A stretch of 64,000 nt of DNA from Crenarchaeota archaeon 13_1_40CM_3_52_17 (GCA_001918745.1 MNGN01000031.1:33651-97650); one strand, 5' to 3'. Positions 47,035-57,504 are shown, counted from the stretch's first letter. Program-made: numbers and translations. Notes: generated by a model not told the origin, from the sequence alone.

Positions 47035-49908
47035 TTGTTCCAGTTGTCTGCTACGATCTTTGACCTTCTCCCGAAACCACTAGCGGAAGCTGTCAAGGAA
47101 AGAGGATTTGAAAAACCAACTGAAGCACAAGAAAGGGCCATTCCCCCAATCCTCGAAGGAAAGAACGTCCTTCTAATATCGCCCACGGCAAGCGGAAAGA
47201 CCGAATCCGCGATCCTCCCGGTCTTCACCCGCTTCTTGATGAGTACGGATAAAGGTCCCGGTGTCAAGATTCTCTACATGACCCCGCTTCGCGCCCTGAA
47301 CCGAGACCTTCTAGATCGACTGGAGTGGTGGGGAAAAAAGATCGACCTCAGGGTAGCTGTGAGGCATGGGGACACAGAAGTCCGTGAAAGAGTCGCTCAT
47401 GCTCGCAATCCGCCTGACATGTTAATCACGACCCCTGAGACCCTCCAGGCTCTTCTCCCTGGCCGTATCATGCGAAGGCACCTTCGAGAAGTCAGATTCC
47501 TGATCATCGATGAGGTGCACGAGCTGGCGGAGGATAAGAGAGGCAGCCAGCTAGCAATTGCTATCGAACGGCTAAGGTGGATTACCCAGAGAGACTTCCA
47601 AGTCATAGGGCTGTCGGCAACAATCGGGTCCCCTGAGAAAGTTGGGGCATTTCTCGTCGGAAGCAAGCGTCCAGTTGAGATCGTCCGGATCCCTGTTGCG
47701 AGAAAGATGCGACTGGAGACATTGTTTCCCGAACCATCTGGGCCGGATCATCAGCTTGCTTCGAAAATCTTCACTCACCCTGAGGTCGCGGCCAGGCTCC
47801 GAATAATGAAGGAGATGATCAAGAACCACAAGTCCGTCATCCTCTTTACGAACACTAGATCGATCGCTGAAGTATTAGCGAGCAGATTCAAAGTCTGGGA
47901 CATTGACTTTCCGATATCGATCCATCACGGAAGCTTGGCTAAGCCATCCAGGATAAGCGCTGAGCGCGGCTTGAAGGAAGGAGAACTCAGAGGGCTCGTC
48001 GCCACTTCGAGCCTGGAGCTCGGAATTGATGTAGGAAGGATAGACTACGTTATCCAGTACATGAGCCCTCACCAAGTGACACGTCTCATCCAGCGAGTCG
48101 GACGATCGGGCCATAGCGTTGGCAAGATGGCTGATGGGGTAATCATCGCAAGCGACTCGGACGACGCTCTCGAAGCACTCGTGATATCGAGAGGAGCTCT
48201 CAGCGAGGATTTGGAGGAAGTGTCGGTTCCCGAGAAACCGCTCGACGCGCTCTGCCACCAGCTCGCGGGCTTGTTGATACAGAACAGAAAATGGTACTTT
48301 AACGAGCTTGTTGAGCTAATATCGAAAGCGTATCCGTATCGAAACCTCACCGAGGACGACGTTGCCGCCGTCGCGAACTACATGCACTCGCGTTTTCCGC
48401 GCCTCTCCTGGGTCTCGCAACAAGACAAGATGGTGATGAGGCCGTCGAGAGTCAAAGACCTCTACACGTACTACTTCAACAAGCTCTCAATGATACCAGA
48501 CGAGAAACAATACCTCGTCATCGAGCAGGAGACCGACACCGCGGTCGGTGTGCTTGACGAAGCCTTCGTAGCCGAGTATGGCCAACCCGGTACGAAGTTC
48601 ATTGTCCGGGGAACGCCATGGATGATGCAGAGTATCAGAGGTGACAAGATTTTCGTCAAACCGATCTCCGACCCGACAGGGGCGATACCGAGCTGGGTGG
48701 GCGAGGAGATACCTGTCCCCCACAAGGTCGCCAGCGAAGTTGGGGAGATAAGAAGGAGGGTAGGAGACCTTTACGAGAAAGGCCAGAAGATCAACGAGAT
48801 AGCCCAGACACTCAGTCAAGAATATCCTGCGGACCCTAAGACCTTAGAACGAGCAATATCGGAAACATACGAGCAGTTCGAACAAGGACTCCCGGTCCCC
48901 AACGATCACCTTCTTACTGTTGAGGAGTGGGATGATTTCATCATCGTCAACTCCCACATGGGAACATTGGTCAACAGGACGCTAGCCCGGCTTATCGGAC
49001 ACCTGTTGTCCGACGAGGCAGGTGTGAGCGTCGGGATCCAGCAAGATCCCTACAGGATTGTTTTCCAGGCTGTCGGCGGAGTAGATGCAAATGACGTTGT
49101 GAAAATGGTTCGCCGTCTCTCTGAGATCGAGGTGGACGAGGTTGCGATAACTGCGTCGAAGAGAACAGGATTGTTCAAGCGAAGGCTGGTCCATGTCGCG
49201 AGAAGATTTGGAGCAATTTCAAGATGGACAGACTTCAGCAGCATAACCCTCCGCCAGCTCGCGAAGAGCTTCGAAGGAACAGTCATCATGGACGAGGCCG
49301 TTCGTGAGACCCTGGAAAGGGACATGGACATTCCCCACACGAAAGAAGTTCTGCAATCCATCGCCAGGCACGAGATTCAGCTCAAGGTGGTCAAGACGGT
49401 CGCGGGAGAAGCAACGCCGATCGCGAGGATTGGCCTTGAGAGGATCAGTCGCAAGACTGACTTGATTCCGACCGAGAAACTCGGCCAGATCCTGGTCGGG
49501 TCGGCGAAGGCGAGAATCCTCAATGAGGTCAAGACGCTCGTCTGCACTAACTGCTGGAAGTATGTTGAGATGAAAAGAGTCAAAGACATCCCCGCCACTC
49601 CTGAATGTCCTGAATGTGGATCGAAGACTCTTGCCGCCTTGGCAGTGTCCGACGAAGACATGAAGAAGATTCTGTCAAAGAATGGCACTCATCTCTCTGA
49701 GAGAGAAAAGAACGTCTTATCAAGGGCAGACGAAACCGCGAAACTTGTCAACAAGTACGGTAGGCTCGCAGTCTACACCCTAGCTGGAAGAAGAGTTACG
49801 CCGGAGGCAGCCGTGGATATTCTCCGAAAACACCGAAGGCCCACGAACGGCTTCTTTGAGGCGATAATGGAGGCCGAGAGAGAGGCTTTGAAGGAACGTT
49901 TCTGGTAA
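47035..49908 (+). CDS. Lhr-like large superfamily 2 helicase (DEVH box) with C-terminal zinc ribbon
   Basis: 957 aa; Walker A SPTASGKTE, DEVH, helicase C domain, C-terminal CTNCW ... CPECGSK. Confidence 0.8.
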   Translation: MFQLSATIFDLLPKPLAEAVKERGFEKPTEAQERAIPPILEGKNVLLISPTASGKTESAILPVFTRFLMSTDKGPGVKILYMTPLRALNRDLLDRLEWWGKKIDLRVAVRHGDTEVRERVAHARNPPDMLITTPETLQALLPGRIMRRHLREVRFLIIDEVHELAEDKRGSQLAIAIERLRWITQRDFQVIGLSATIGSPEKVGAFLVGSKRPVEIVRIPVARKMRLETLFPEPSGPDHQLASKIFTHPEVAARLRIMKEMIKNHKSVILFTNTRSIAEVLASRFKVWDIDFPISIHHGSLAKPSRISAERGLKEGELRGLVATSSLELGIDVGRIDYVIQYMSPHQVTRLIQRVGRSGHSVGKMADGVIIASDSDDALEALVISRGALSEDLEEVSVPEKPLDALCHQLAGLLIQNRKWYFNELVELISKAYPYRNLTEDDVAAVANYMHSRFPRLSWVSQQDKMVMRPSRVKDLYTYYFNKLSMIPDEKQYLVIEQETDTAVGVLDEAFVAEYGQPGTKFIVRGTPWMMQSIRGDKIFVKPISDPTGAIPSWVGEEIPVPHKVASEVGEIRRRVGDLYEKGQKINEIAQTLSQEYPADPKTLERAISETYEQFEQGLPVPNDHLLTVEEWDDFIIVNSHMGTLVNRTLARLIGHLLSDEAGVSVGIQQDPYRIVFQAVGGVDANDVVKMVRRLSEIEVDEVAITASKRTGLFKRRLVHVARRFGAISRWTDFSSITLRQLAKSFEGTVIMDEAVRETLERDMDIPHTKEVLQSIARHEIQLKVVKTVAGEATPIARIGLERISRKTDLIPTEKLGQILVGSAKARILNEVKTLVCTNCWKYVEMKRVKDIPATPECPECGSKTLAALAVSDEDMKKILSKNGTHLSEREKNVLSRADETAKLVNKYGRLAVYTLAGRRVTPEAAVDILRKHRRPTNGFFEAIMEAEREALKERFW

Positions 49909-49990
49909 ATGTCCAAACAACGCTTATCTCAACGGACCGGGTTATCTTGTTTGAAACGCGTTCGAGCGGCTCGAAGCGATCGATGAGAAT

Positions 49991-51067
49991 TTGAACGTAC
50001 TCGACGAACGGTTAAATGACGCACCGAAAATCCGGGAAGACCAGCCTGGACTACGGAACGTTATGAATCGTGTCGATGCCGAAATCACCGTCGAAGTAGA
50101 TGGACTTAGACGGGAGTTCGATAGCAAGGAGGGCAAGGTCACTGCTCTCGACGGCGTGAATCTGCAAGTCCGAAAGGGCGAGATCTTCGGCGTTCTTGGC
50201 CCTAACGGGGCTGGAAAAACGACTATGATCAGGATACTTTCCACGCTTCTTCTACCAACTTCCGGAAAGGCAGGCGTGATGGGATTCGACGTCGAGAAAG
50301 AGCCGGAGAAAATCCGGGCCGTAATCAACATGGCCAGTGGCGCGGAAAGAGCAGGTTACGATTTCATCAGCGCCCGTGGAAACCTCTGGTTCTTCTCGCA
50401 GCTTTACGGAATACCCTCCGAAGAAGCGCACAAACGAATCAATGAATTGTCAGACATGCTCGGACTACAGAACTATCTGGACAGGAAATTCTACGCGCTC
50501 TCCACGGGGTACAAGCAACGAGTAACATTGGTAAGAGCATTCATCAACGATCCCAAGGTCGTGTTTCTTGATGAGCCAACAATTGGTCTCGATGTGATGA
50601 CCGCGTTGAGCATACGCGAGTATATCCTGAAACAGGCAAAAGAGCACGGCAGGACAATTCTAATTGCAACTCACAACATGGCCGAAGTTGATGCGATCTG
50701 CAACCGTGTTGCCATAATTGACAAAGGCAAGATCCTCGCTTGCGATACTCCTGCGGCGCTGAAAAGGTCCTTAGGAGCGCCGTCACTCGTCTTGGAGGTC
50801 TCACCGGTTCCGGCTCCCGCAAGCCTTGAACCACTTGGGAAGCTTGACGGGGTCAAGGGCTACACATCGTCGGTCGATGAGGAAAGAGGGTTATCGCGAA
50901 TTCAAGTTGTAGTGGACAGCGACGGATCCGCCCAATCCGTGATTGACTCAGTTCGAAAGTCAGGAATGACCGTCGTGTCAAACTGGAGACAACAGGCAAC
51001 GCTAGAGGAGGTATTCGTCGCGTTAGTGGGGCGAGGGTTTAGGGAGAGAGAACATGAAGCTGCATAG
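49991..51067 (+). CDS. ABC transporter ATP-binding protein (ABC-2/DrrA type)
   Basis: 358 aa; GPNGAGKTT, LSTGYKQRV, FLDEPT; start possibly at the internal Met near 50063. Confidence 0.85.
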   Translation: MNVLDERLNDAPKIREDQPGLRNVMNRVDAEITVEVDGLRREFDSKEGKVTALDGVNLQVRKGEIFGVLGPNGAGKTTMIRILSTLLLPTSGKAGVMGFDVEKEPEKIRAVINMASGAERAGYDFISARGNLWFFSQLYGIPSEEAHKRINELSDMLGLQNYLDRKFYALSTGYKQRVTLVRAFINDPKVVFLDEPTIGLDVMTALSIREYILKQAKEHGRTILIATHNMAEVDAICNRVAIIDKGKILACDTPAALKRSLGAPSLVLEVSPVPAPASLEPLGKLDGVKGYTSSVDEERGLSRIQVVVDSDGSAQSVIDSVRKSGMTVVSNWRQQATLEEVFVALVGRGFREREHEAA

Positions 51068-51875
51068 TAATCCGTGGCTCAGAACCGCATATGCCAGATT
51101 GTGGGTCAGGGCGAAAAGCATCTACGGAGAACCGCTCTGGGTGGCCGTTAATGTCGGATTCCCATTCTTTACTTCCTTCTCCTTTACGATGGTTTACAGA
51201 GCTTACGGGCTTGGAGCCTACGCCGGATTTGCTATCCTCGGCGGAGTCATGATTTCGTTCTGGGGTAACGTTCTATGGTCAATGGCAAGCCAGTTCAACT
51301 GGGACAAGCAGGTTGGACTATTCGAGATCTACATCAGTTCTCCTGCGCCTATCACGGCGATACTGGTCGGGATGTCTCTCGGCGGGATCTTAGGCACGGC
51401 GCCATCCGCAGCAATGGTGGCTATTCTAGGATGGGTTATTTTCGCTCCACCAATCCATCCTTTCTGGCCAGCGGTCGTCCTTGTCTTCTCTCTCACCCTA
51501 GCATCTCTGTACGCAATGGGAATGGCCCTATCTTCCCTCTACTTGGCATATGGTAGGGAGGCCGACTCAGTAAATGAGGCTCTTCACGAGCCCGTGTCTC
51601 TAATCTCCGGGGTCTACTTTCCCTCGGTTGGAGGAATCTCGCCCTTTCCGTTCGCAGTACAAGCTGCGGCGTCATTAGTTCCTCTTACAATCGGAATGGA
51701 CGCCCTGCGACAAAGCCTTGGATTTCCGATCAAGGTGGCATTCATCCCACTCTACATCGAAGCCCTCATTCTGGCCCTAATGGCCCTCATCCTCCTTCTC
51801 GCATCTTCCAGAGCTCTCCGATTCCTTGAAAACAAGGGACGAAGGACAGGTTCAATCGCTGTGAGACAAAGATGA
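51054..51875 (+). CDS. ABC-2 type transporter permease
   Basis: 273 aa; six TM helices. Confidence 0.7.
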   Translation: MKLHSNPWLRTAYARLWVRAKSIYGEPLWVAVNVGFPFFTSFSFTMVYRAYGLGAYAGFAILGGVMISFWGNVLWSMASQFNWDKQVGLFEIYISSPAPITAILVGMSLGGILGTAPSAAMVAILGWVIFAPPIHPFWPAVVLVFSLTLASLYAMGMALSSLYLAYGREADSVNEALHEPVSLISGVYFPSVGGISPFPFAVQAAASLVPLTIGMDALRQSLGFPIKVAFIPLYIEALILALMALILLLASSRALRFLENKGRRTGSIAVRQR

Positions 51876-52714
51876 GCGTCCTCAGAAGCATTGTGGCTTC
51901 CGTACGGGTTGGATGGTACCGGGAGTTCAACTGGACGAATCCGTTGTTAGGATTCTCAATGAGGACAGTCGGTCCACTTGCTGGGGTGATCGCTGCCTCA
52001 AGCGTGTATTTCGTCGGGTCGTCTGCTGCCAGAAGTTTTAGCCCGAGTCAGCTCGCCTTCATTCTCATCGGTGCCGCATTATACACGCACGTTGCCGCAT
52101 ATTCTTGGGTCCCAACACTGGCCATAGCTGAGGGTAAATGGACCTACGTTTTCCCCCAAGTCTTTATCTCTCCACACTCATCGCTGCCTTACCTGACCGG
52201 TAGGACGCTTGCCTCGTTCTTCTCTTCAACCCTGACCGTCATCGTATCTCTGGTATTGTCTTTCTTCATCCTCTCGTCAGTATTCAACACCAGCATTCCT
52301 TTCACTGTAACCCCCCTATCTGTCACTCTGTTGTTCTTCGCGATGCTAGTGAACATCCTTGCCGCCTTTGGGCTGGGATTACTGCTTAGCGCATACGCTT
52401 TATTCGCGACAAAGTTCGAATGGGCTCTTCCCACCTACGTTGCCGGACTCCTGATGGTGTTCTCGGAAGCTCTCTTTCCTGTGTCTTTCCTACCACACCC
52501 TGTGTCAGACGTAGCAAACGTGCTGCCATTTACAGAATTCATGCGAGCCTCAAGGCAGGCAATGATCCAAGGAGGCGACGTGTACTCTTACTTCTCCTAC
52601 ATCGGACTTGCGACTCTTGGAGGAGTCATCCTGCTAGCAATGGGCTTCCTCGCATTCAGATACGCTGAGAACCGGGCACGAAGGCTCGGCGTCATCGACA
52701 AGAAAACAGCCTGA
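51872..52714 (+). CDS. ABC-2 type transporter permease (second subunit)
   Basis: 280 aa; six TM helices; 4-nt overlap with the preceding permease. Confidence 0.65.
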   Translation: MSVLRSIVASVRVGWYREFNWTNPLLGFSMRTVGPLAGVIAASSVYFVGSSAARSFSPSQLAFILIGAALYTHVAAYSWVPTLAIAEGKWTYVFPQVFISPHSSLPYLTGRTLASFFSSTLTVIVSLVLSFFILSSVFNTSIPFTVTPLSVTLLFFAMLVNILAAFGLGLLLSAYALFATKFEWALPTYVAGLLMVFSEALFPVSFLPHPVSDVANVLPFTEFMRASRQAMIQGGDVYSYFSYIGLATLGGVILLAMGFLAFRYAENRARRLGVIDKKTA

Positions 52715-52723
52715 AGCCGAGTG

Positions 52724-53497
52724 CTAATCCAAGCCTAGTACTTTGGTTGTTGCCTCGAAGGCATCTTTCCATCCGCCAGCCTTGTAGTCTCTAAGACACC
52801 TCAGAAGCTCGTGTCTATCGACGGGGCCTAACACTCTGAGCATTTTCCTGGCGATACTGCCCCCGAGAAAAAGGTACTGCGCAAGGGAGGTGAAATTGCT
52901 GGGTCGTCGCATCACGCTAGCGCTTTCGAAATCGAGAATCCGAGCCCAATTGTCATTTGACACAATGACATTCTTGTGAGCCCGACTGAGCTCTCCGTGA
53001 TCGAGCCCATAAGCATCCATTCTCAGGCACTGTTCCAGTAAAGGTTTCACCATACCCCGGACCCGAGCTCTTCGCCCCCTGCCCTTGAGGCTCTCTAACC
53101 ATAAGGGAAGCGACAAGCCCTCTATCAGTTCCATCGCCAATACGTCAGGGGTACCGCCCAAGCATTCAGGCCCAACACTAAGCGAATTTGCGGACTTCAG
53201 AAGTTCGGCCTCGTGAATCAGGTTCGGGCGTCGCGCATCAACCCGTCGAATCTTGACAGCGATTCGTCGATCGTCCCTGACTCCTGTGATCACAATTCCA
53301 ACGACTCCTTTACCAAGGACTGACAAGCGATCAGTTTTCAGGCGGCCCTGAAAATCCAGCGCAGTTATTCCTAGTTTGCTCAACTGGCGTACTCTGGACT
53401 CGACTTCATCAAGGTCACCACTTGGATATGCTAGGAGACGATTGTAGGGCGGATTTGCTAGGGATGATAGCGGTGCTAGTGATGGGTTTTGAGCCAA
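52724..53497 (-). CDS. atypical protein kinase-like protein (COG2112/Bud32-like)
   Basis: 257 aa; Gly loop LGKGVVG, Lys in AVKIRR, catalytic HGELSRAHKNVIV, DFE (DFG-like); overlaps the cca stop by 22 nt. Confidence 0.55.
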   Translation of the reverse strand: MAQNPSLAPLSSLANPPYNRLLAYPSGDLDEVESRVRQLSKLGITALDFQGRLKTDRLSVLGKGVVGIVITGVRDDRRIAVKIRRVDARRPNLIHEAELLKSANSLSVGPECLGGTPDVLAMELIEGLSLPLWLESLKGRGRRARVRGMVKPLLEQCLRMDAYGLDHGELSRAHKNVIVSNDNWARILDFESASVMRRPSNFTSLAQYLFLGGSIARKMLRVLGPVDRHELLRCLRDYKAGGWKDAFEATTKVLGLD

Positions 53498-54897
53498 GCT
53501 GGCTTCGCCGCCAAGAACTCTGATAACCCCTGGTCAAAACCTTCTCGTCCAAGCAACGAGAGAATTTTCCTGTTCTCCAAGACTTTAACGTTCTTCCGGA
53601 AGGAGCTGTTCAATTGGTCAGGGACGGTCAAACCCACCCTCGAATCCTTGAGGGCCGTAGTGATAAGATGATTGACTGAGAGGATTCTTCGTTTCTTGTC
53701 AACCACCCATCGATCGGCCTCTATCCACGGACCGCGCACGGTATCTTTTGCGTCTAAGTGTCGATCGAGGAATCCCTGGCTGTCGTCCATCTTCGAAACG
53801 GGTGGACCCTCGCGCAGTTGAGCATCGGGTAGGGTCAAAGTGTCTAACTCGACAAGAATTGCACTTGATCGGGCCTCGTCGCTCCAGACGGTCGACCGTA
53901 GGGGATGGAAGTCCTCTCGACTCATTAGCTCTGTTATGGATTTCTCGATCTTCAATAGCTGGCCCCAAAGAACATCAGGCACTATCCGGGGATGGTCGAA
54001 AGATACGGCAACTATATCCCTGTTTTGATGCTCCAAGAGTTTGGAAAACTGTGCCTTGGTTCTCGGTTTGTATTTCATGGGGAAGAAGTACCATACCCCG
54101 GGACTCTTCTGGAGTTCTCTTGAAGCAGCTACGAATCCCCACAGCTTATCCTCTCTAACGGCAGCAGCCAAGTTTCGATTCGGATCTACAGGATCGATTA
54201 CGACCAGTGGAGAGCCGAACTCCCGGGCTCTAGAATCTTGACTGCCAGCGGGCTTTTCGATATCTAGAAAGATAACGGGCTTCCACTTCGAAGCTTGTAT
54301 GAGTGTCTCCAGAAATGATCGGTAGTGTAGGATCAGGGTTTCGACGAGCATTCCGCTGAAGCCGCCGACCCTTATCTCGGCGCCGTATGATCGGATGCCT
54401 TTTATGAACCGTTTTAGGAGCCGCGCCTCAAATACCATTTCTTGCGTTAGGTGTTTTGTCATGTAGTCGGTATGGTAGGGTGTCCTGTCGGTCGCGCTCT
54501 TCCACTGGCCTCGTTCCACGGAGTAGCAAGGGACCACATTTACTCGGACACCTTCGATGTGGAATTCCAGATAGGGATGCTCAGCATACCGATCGATAGT
54601 CTTGGCACGGATCCCCTTCCGAATTTCAGGGAGGACCTTCTCCGTCCACTCCTGCCTATCCATTGTGGGAGGAAAACTTGCAAAGATATCCAAGTCGGCC
54701 TCGCCGCTCAACCAAGTGTCCCGCGCGAAAGACCCTTGAATCGAGACGTTGCCTCCGTATCCAGCCTTGTCAAGTATGTTCTGAACTTGGCCCCTCAGTC
54801 TCTCAGCCAGCTGAGACATTCGTTCCCTTTCAGCCACGCCGGGAACAATCTTCTCCGAAACCTGGTCCAAGACAGCTTGAATGGAGGTCAGCATCAA
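53476..54897 (-). CDS. cca: CCA-adding tRNA nucleotidyltransferase (archaeal class I)
   Basis: 473 aa; GSFARDTWLSGEADLDIF nucleotidyltransferase motif. Confidence 0.85.
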   Translation of the reverse strand: MMLTSIQAVLDQVSEKIVPGVAERERMSQLAERLRGQVQNILDKAGYGGNVSIQGSFARDTWLSGEADLDIFASFPPTMDRQEWTEKVLPEIRKGIRAKTIDRYAEHPYLEFHIEGVRVNVVPCYSVERGQWKSATDRTPYHTDYMTKHLTQEMVFEARLLKRFIKGIRSYGAEIRVGGFSGMLVETLILHYRSFLETLIQASKWKPVIFLDIEKPAGSQDSRAREFGSPLVVIDPVDPNRNLAAAVREDKLWGFVAASRELQKSPGVWYFFPMKYKPRTKAQFSKLLEHQNRDIVAVSFDHPRIVPDVLWGQLLKIEKSITELMSREDFHPLRSTVWSDEARSSAILVELDTLTLPDAQLREGPPVSKMDDSQGFLDRHLDAKDTVRGPWIEADRWVVDKKRRILSVNHLITTALKDSRVGLTVPDQLNSSFRKNVKVLENRKILSLLGREGFDQGLSEFLAAKPAWLKTHH

Positions 54898-54944
54898 CCA
54901 ACTCCACGTGGCAAGTTAGTATTTGAAACTGGACCGATTTGCTA

Positions 54945-55535
54945 CTATCGTGGCTGCGAAGGAATTTCCAGTAAGGTCGAGTATTTCGGGCCGGAACTCG
55001 AAAGGATGCTCTGTTTGAGCTGGACTTTGTCCACGGTAATCGTGCCGAAACTCTCGTCGCTTAGGTGCTGAAGAAAATTGGCTATCTCGTCTCTCTTTCT
55101 GATTGACCGGACCCGGGCTATGGTGATATGGGGACTGAAGGGACGGTTCTCTCTCTTGAAGCCGAGAGTATACAGTAGCTTCTCGACTTGCTCGTAGATT
55201 TGCTCAACTTGACTCCACCCCTCGTTCACTCCGACCCAGATTACGTTCATATGCTTGAGATTTGGGAAAGCGCCCGCGCCCTTGATCTCCGCTGAAAACG
55301 AGGGAAATGTGAGCTGCTTGAGGGAGGACTGGACCTCGGCCAGTCGAGGCGTGGATACGTTTCCTAGAAATTTCAACGTGAGATGGATATTCTCTCCCTC
55401 GACAGGTTTCAAATCCCCTCCTAGTGCCTGCAACGAAGACATGATTGATACTATGCGGGATAGAACCTGCTGATCTTCAAGGTCTATCGAAACGAAGCTT
55501 CGGACTTGGGCCTCTGACAAATGCTTGTCACGCAC
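54945..55535 (-). CDS. thpR: RNA 2',3'-cyclic phosphodiesterase (2H family)
   Basis: 196 aa; two H-x-T/S-x motifs (HLTLKFLG, PHITIARV). Confidence 0.8.
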   Translation of the reverse strand: MRDKHLSEAQVRSFVSIDLEDQQVLSRIVSIMSSLQALGGDLKPVEGENIHLTLKFLGNVSTPRLAEVQSSLKQLTFPSFSAEIKGAGAFPNLKHMNVIWVGVNEGWSQVEQIYEQVEKLLYTLGFKRENRPFSPHITIARVRSIRKRDEIANFLQHLSDESFGTITVDKVQLKQSILSSSGPKYSTLLEIPSQPR

Positions 55536-55591
55536 ACTCTGGTCCGTTTAAGAGCTATAACACTCTCTTACCCAAGTGCGCACGGACTCGC

Positions 55592-56149
55592 ATGGCCAAA
55601 GCCAAGTCGAAGACAGTCATTGTAATCGTCGGAATGCCCGGGGCTGGCAAAAGCCTAGCCTCTAGCGTTGCCGCGAACCGTCGAATTCCTGTTTTTGTTT
55701 CTGGGGATATCATCAGGGCCGAGGCGAAGCGGCGGAAATTGTCACCCAGCAGAACGAATCTCGGCAGGCTAATGCTGAGGATCAGAGAGGAAGAGGGGAT
55801 GGGTGCTGTTGCTAAGCGGTTGGCTCCGCTCATAGACAAGATCGATGGGAACATTTTCGTTTATGAGGGTGCCAGGAACATCGAGGAGATTGAGGAGCTG
55901 AACAAGAAGTACAGCGTCTCCACCATCGCTATCCACGCCTCCCCGAAAAGCAGGTTCCAGAGACTGCTAAAGAGGGGAAGGTCTGACCGTCCCAGAAACT
56001 GGGCCGACTTTCTGGAGCGCGATGAGAGAGAGCTGAAGGTTGGAGTTGGAAAACTCATCGCCATCGCTGACCGAGTCGTTGAGAACGAAGATACGAGGAA
56101 CGACCTCAAGAGGCGGACAGCACGTCTGCTGAAGACACTCCCGAACTGA
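55592..56149 (+). CDS. P-loop nucleotide kinase-like protein (adenylate/dephospho-CoA kinase-like, UPF0200-type)
   Basis: ATG at 55592 gives MAKAKSKTVIVIVGMPGAGKS; the ORF-track start at 55445 would overlap thpR. Confidence 0.5.
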   Translation: MAKAKSKTVIVIVGMPGAGKSLASSVAANRRIPVFVSGDIIRAEAKRRKLSPSRTNLGRLMLRIREEEGMGAVAKRLAPLIDKIDGNIFVYEGARNIEEIEELNKKYSVSTIAIHASPKSRFQRLLKRGRSDRPRNWADFLERDERELKVGVGKLIAIADRVVENEDTRNDLKRRTARLLKTLPN

Positions 56150-56559
56150 GCTTCCTGGTTCACAGCGAAACGGAAGTTCGGCCGACTGAGGACCCCGAGA
56201 AAGTCAAGAAGGCTGTCACCAACATTCTTCGAGGCGAAGTAGAGGTTCAACGGGTAGACGAGTGGAGTGGGAAGGTGATCATCGAAGGAAAGAATGAGCC
56301 TTCGCTCGAGAGGTTCCGCATGATTCTCCAGCGTGACAGAATTCGCGCGGCGGCGAGATCCGTCCTAAGACGCTCAGTGGAAGGCAATCGAATAGTCTTC
56401 TACCTGAACAAGCAAGCTGCGTACGCGGGCCACATATCGTTCTCTGCGCCGGAAGGCGAATCGCCTCTGGGCCCAATCCATGTAATCGTTGAAACGGAAG
56501 ACCCAGACCGATTAATTGGTTGGCTGGCGGGGCAACGGGAGGAACGAAGAGGAGAGTAG
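56146..56559 (+). CDS. conserved archaeal protein (UPF0201/COG1931-like); start codon unclear
   Basis: conserved-looking SETEVRPTEDPEKVKKAVTNILRGEVEV precedes the first canonical start (GTG at 56275); frame opens at 56083 without ATG/GTG/TTG. Confidence 0.35.
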   Translation: MSFLVHSETEVRPTEDPEKVKKAVTNILRGEVEVQRVDEWSGKVIIEGKNEPSLERFRMILQRDRIRAAARSVLRRSVEGNRIVFYLNKQAAYAGHISFSAPEGESPLGPIHVIVETEDPDRLIGWLAGQREERRGE

Positions 56560-56583
56560 AATCAGAAGATTGGAATTGACGCT

Positions 56584-57504
56584 CTACCTCGAGCGCTTCA
56601 GCGATAAGACCAGTAGGTCTTTGGGAACCAATGTCGCTTTGAACACGCTTCTCGCTTCTTTGAGGAGGATGGAGTCATCTCGTGTAACCGCGCTTATGTG
56701 AACGAGCGCGAGTTTGCGGACCCGGGCAGCCTTTGCGACCCTAGCGGCTTCTCTGGCGGTTGAATGGAAGTACTCCTTCGCCTTGTCTCGCCTGTCCTCA
56801 GCGAACCCTCCGTCGTGCATGAGAAGATCGGCCCCCTTCGCCAGAGCCTTTACCTCGTCAGAGGGACGAGTGTCGATGGCATAGACGATCTTCAGACCGG
56901 GGCGTGGATCTTCGATAACCTGGTGAGGCGTGACTTGTTTCCCTTCGACGTCGACCTCTTTGCCCATCTGAAGCTGTTTCCACAAGGGTCCCTCAGGGAC
57001 GCCCAATCGCTTTGCCTTTTCAGGGTGAAACCTGCCCGGCCGATCGGTCTCGACAATAGCGTACGCGAGGCATGTTATGTCGTGCGTTGCTTTGGTTGTC
57101 TTGATGTTGTAGCCGTTTCTTGCTACTTCTTGTCCGGGTTTGAGTTCTGTGACGTGTACGGGAAAGTTTGCGGCGAAACCTAGGGTTCGACGGAGGGAGG
57201 ATAGATAACTGGAGATGCCCTCTGGACCAAACAGGTCGAGGGGCTTGTCTCTGATCAATGATGACATGGTTTGGAGGAGGCCAGGTAGTCCAAGAATGTG
57301 ATCTCCGTGCAAGTGGGAGATCATAATCGACATTTGACGGTTGAAACCGAGCCCGGCATGCATCATCTGCCGCTGTGTCCCCTCGCCACAATCAAACAGG
57401 AAGAGTTCGCCTTCTCGGCGCAGGGCTACGGCGGGGAGGCCTCTTTCTTTGGTAGGGAGACTGCCCCCTGTACCCAAGAAAATGACATCGATACCGGAGG
57501 GCAT
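56584..57504 (-). CDS. rnz: ribonuclease Z
   Basis: 306 aa; metallo-beta-lactamase HLHGDHILG. Confidence 0.85.
   Translation of the reverse strand: MPSGIDVIFLGTGGSLPTKERGLPAVALRREGELFLFDCGEGTQRQMMHAGLGFNRQMSIMISHLHGDHILGLPGLLQTMSSLIRDKPLDLFGPEGISSYLSSLRRTLGFAANFPVHVTELKPGQEVARNGYNIKTTKATHDITCLAYAIVETDRPGRFHPEKAKRLGVPEGPLWKQLQMGKEVDVEGKQVTPHQVIEDPRPGLKIVYAIDTRPSDEVKALAKGADLLMHDGGFAEDRRDKAKEYFHSTAREAARVAKAARVRKLALVHISAVTRDDSILLKEARSVFKATLVPKDLLVLSLKRSR

Noticed and set aside
55445-55591. Long N-terminal extension of the P-loop kinase ORF overlapping thpR on the opposite strand
   Set aside because: The extension is low-complexity, and the ATG at 55592 gives a canonical M-x-K-x-K-T-V-I-V-I-V-G-M-P-G-A-G-K-S N-terminus.
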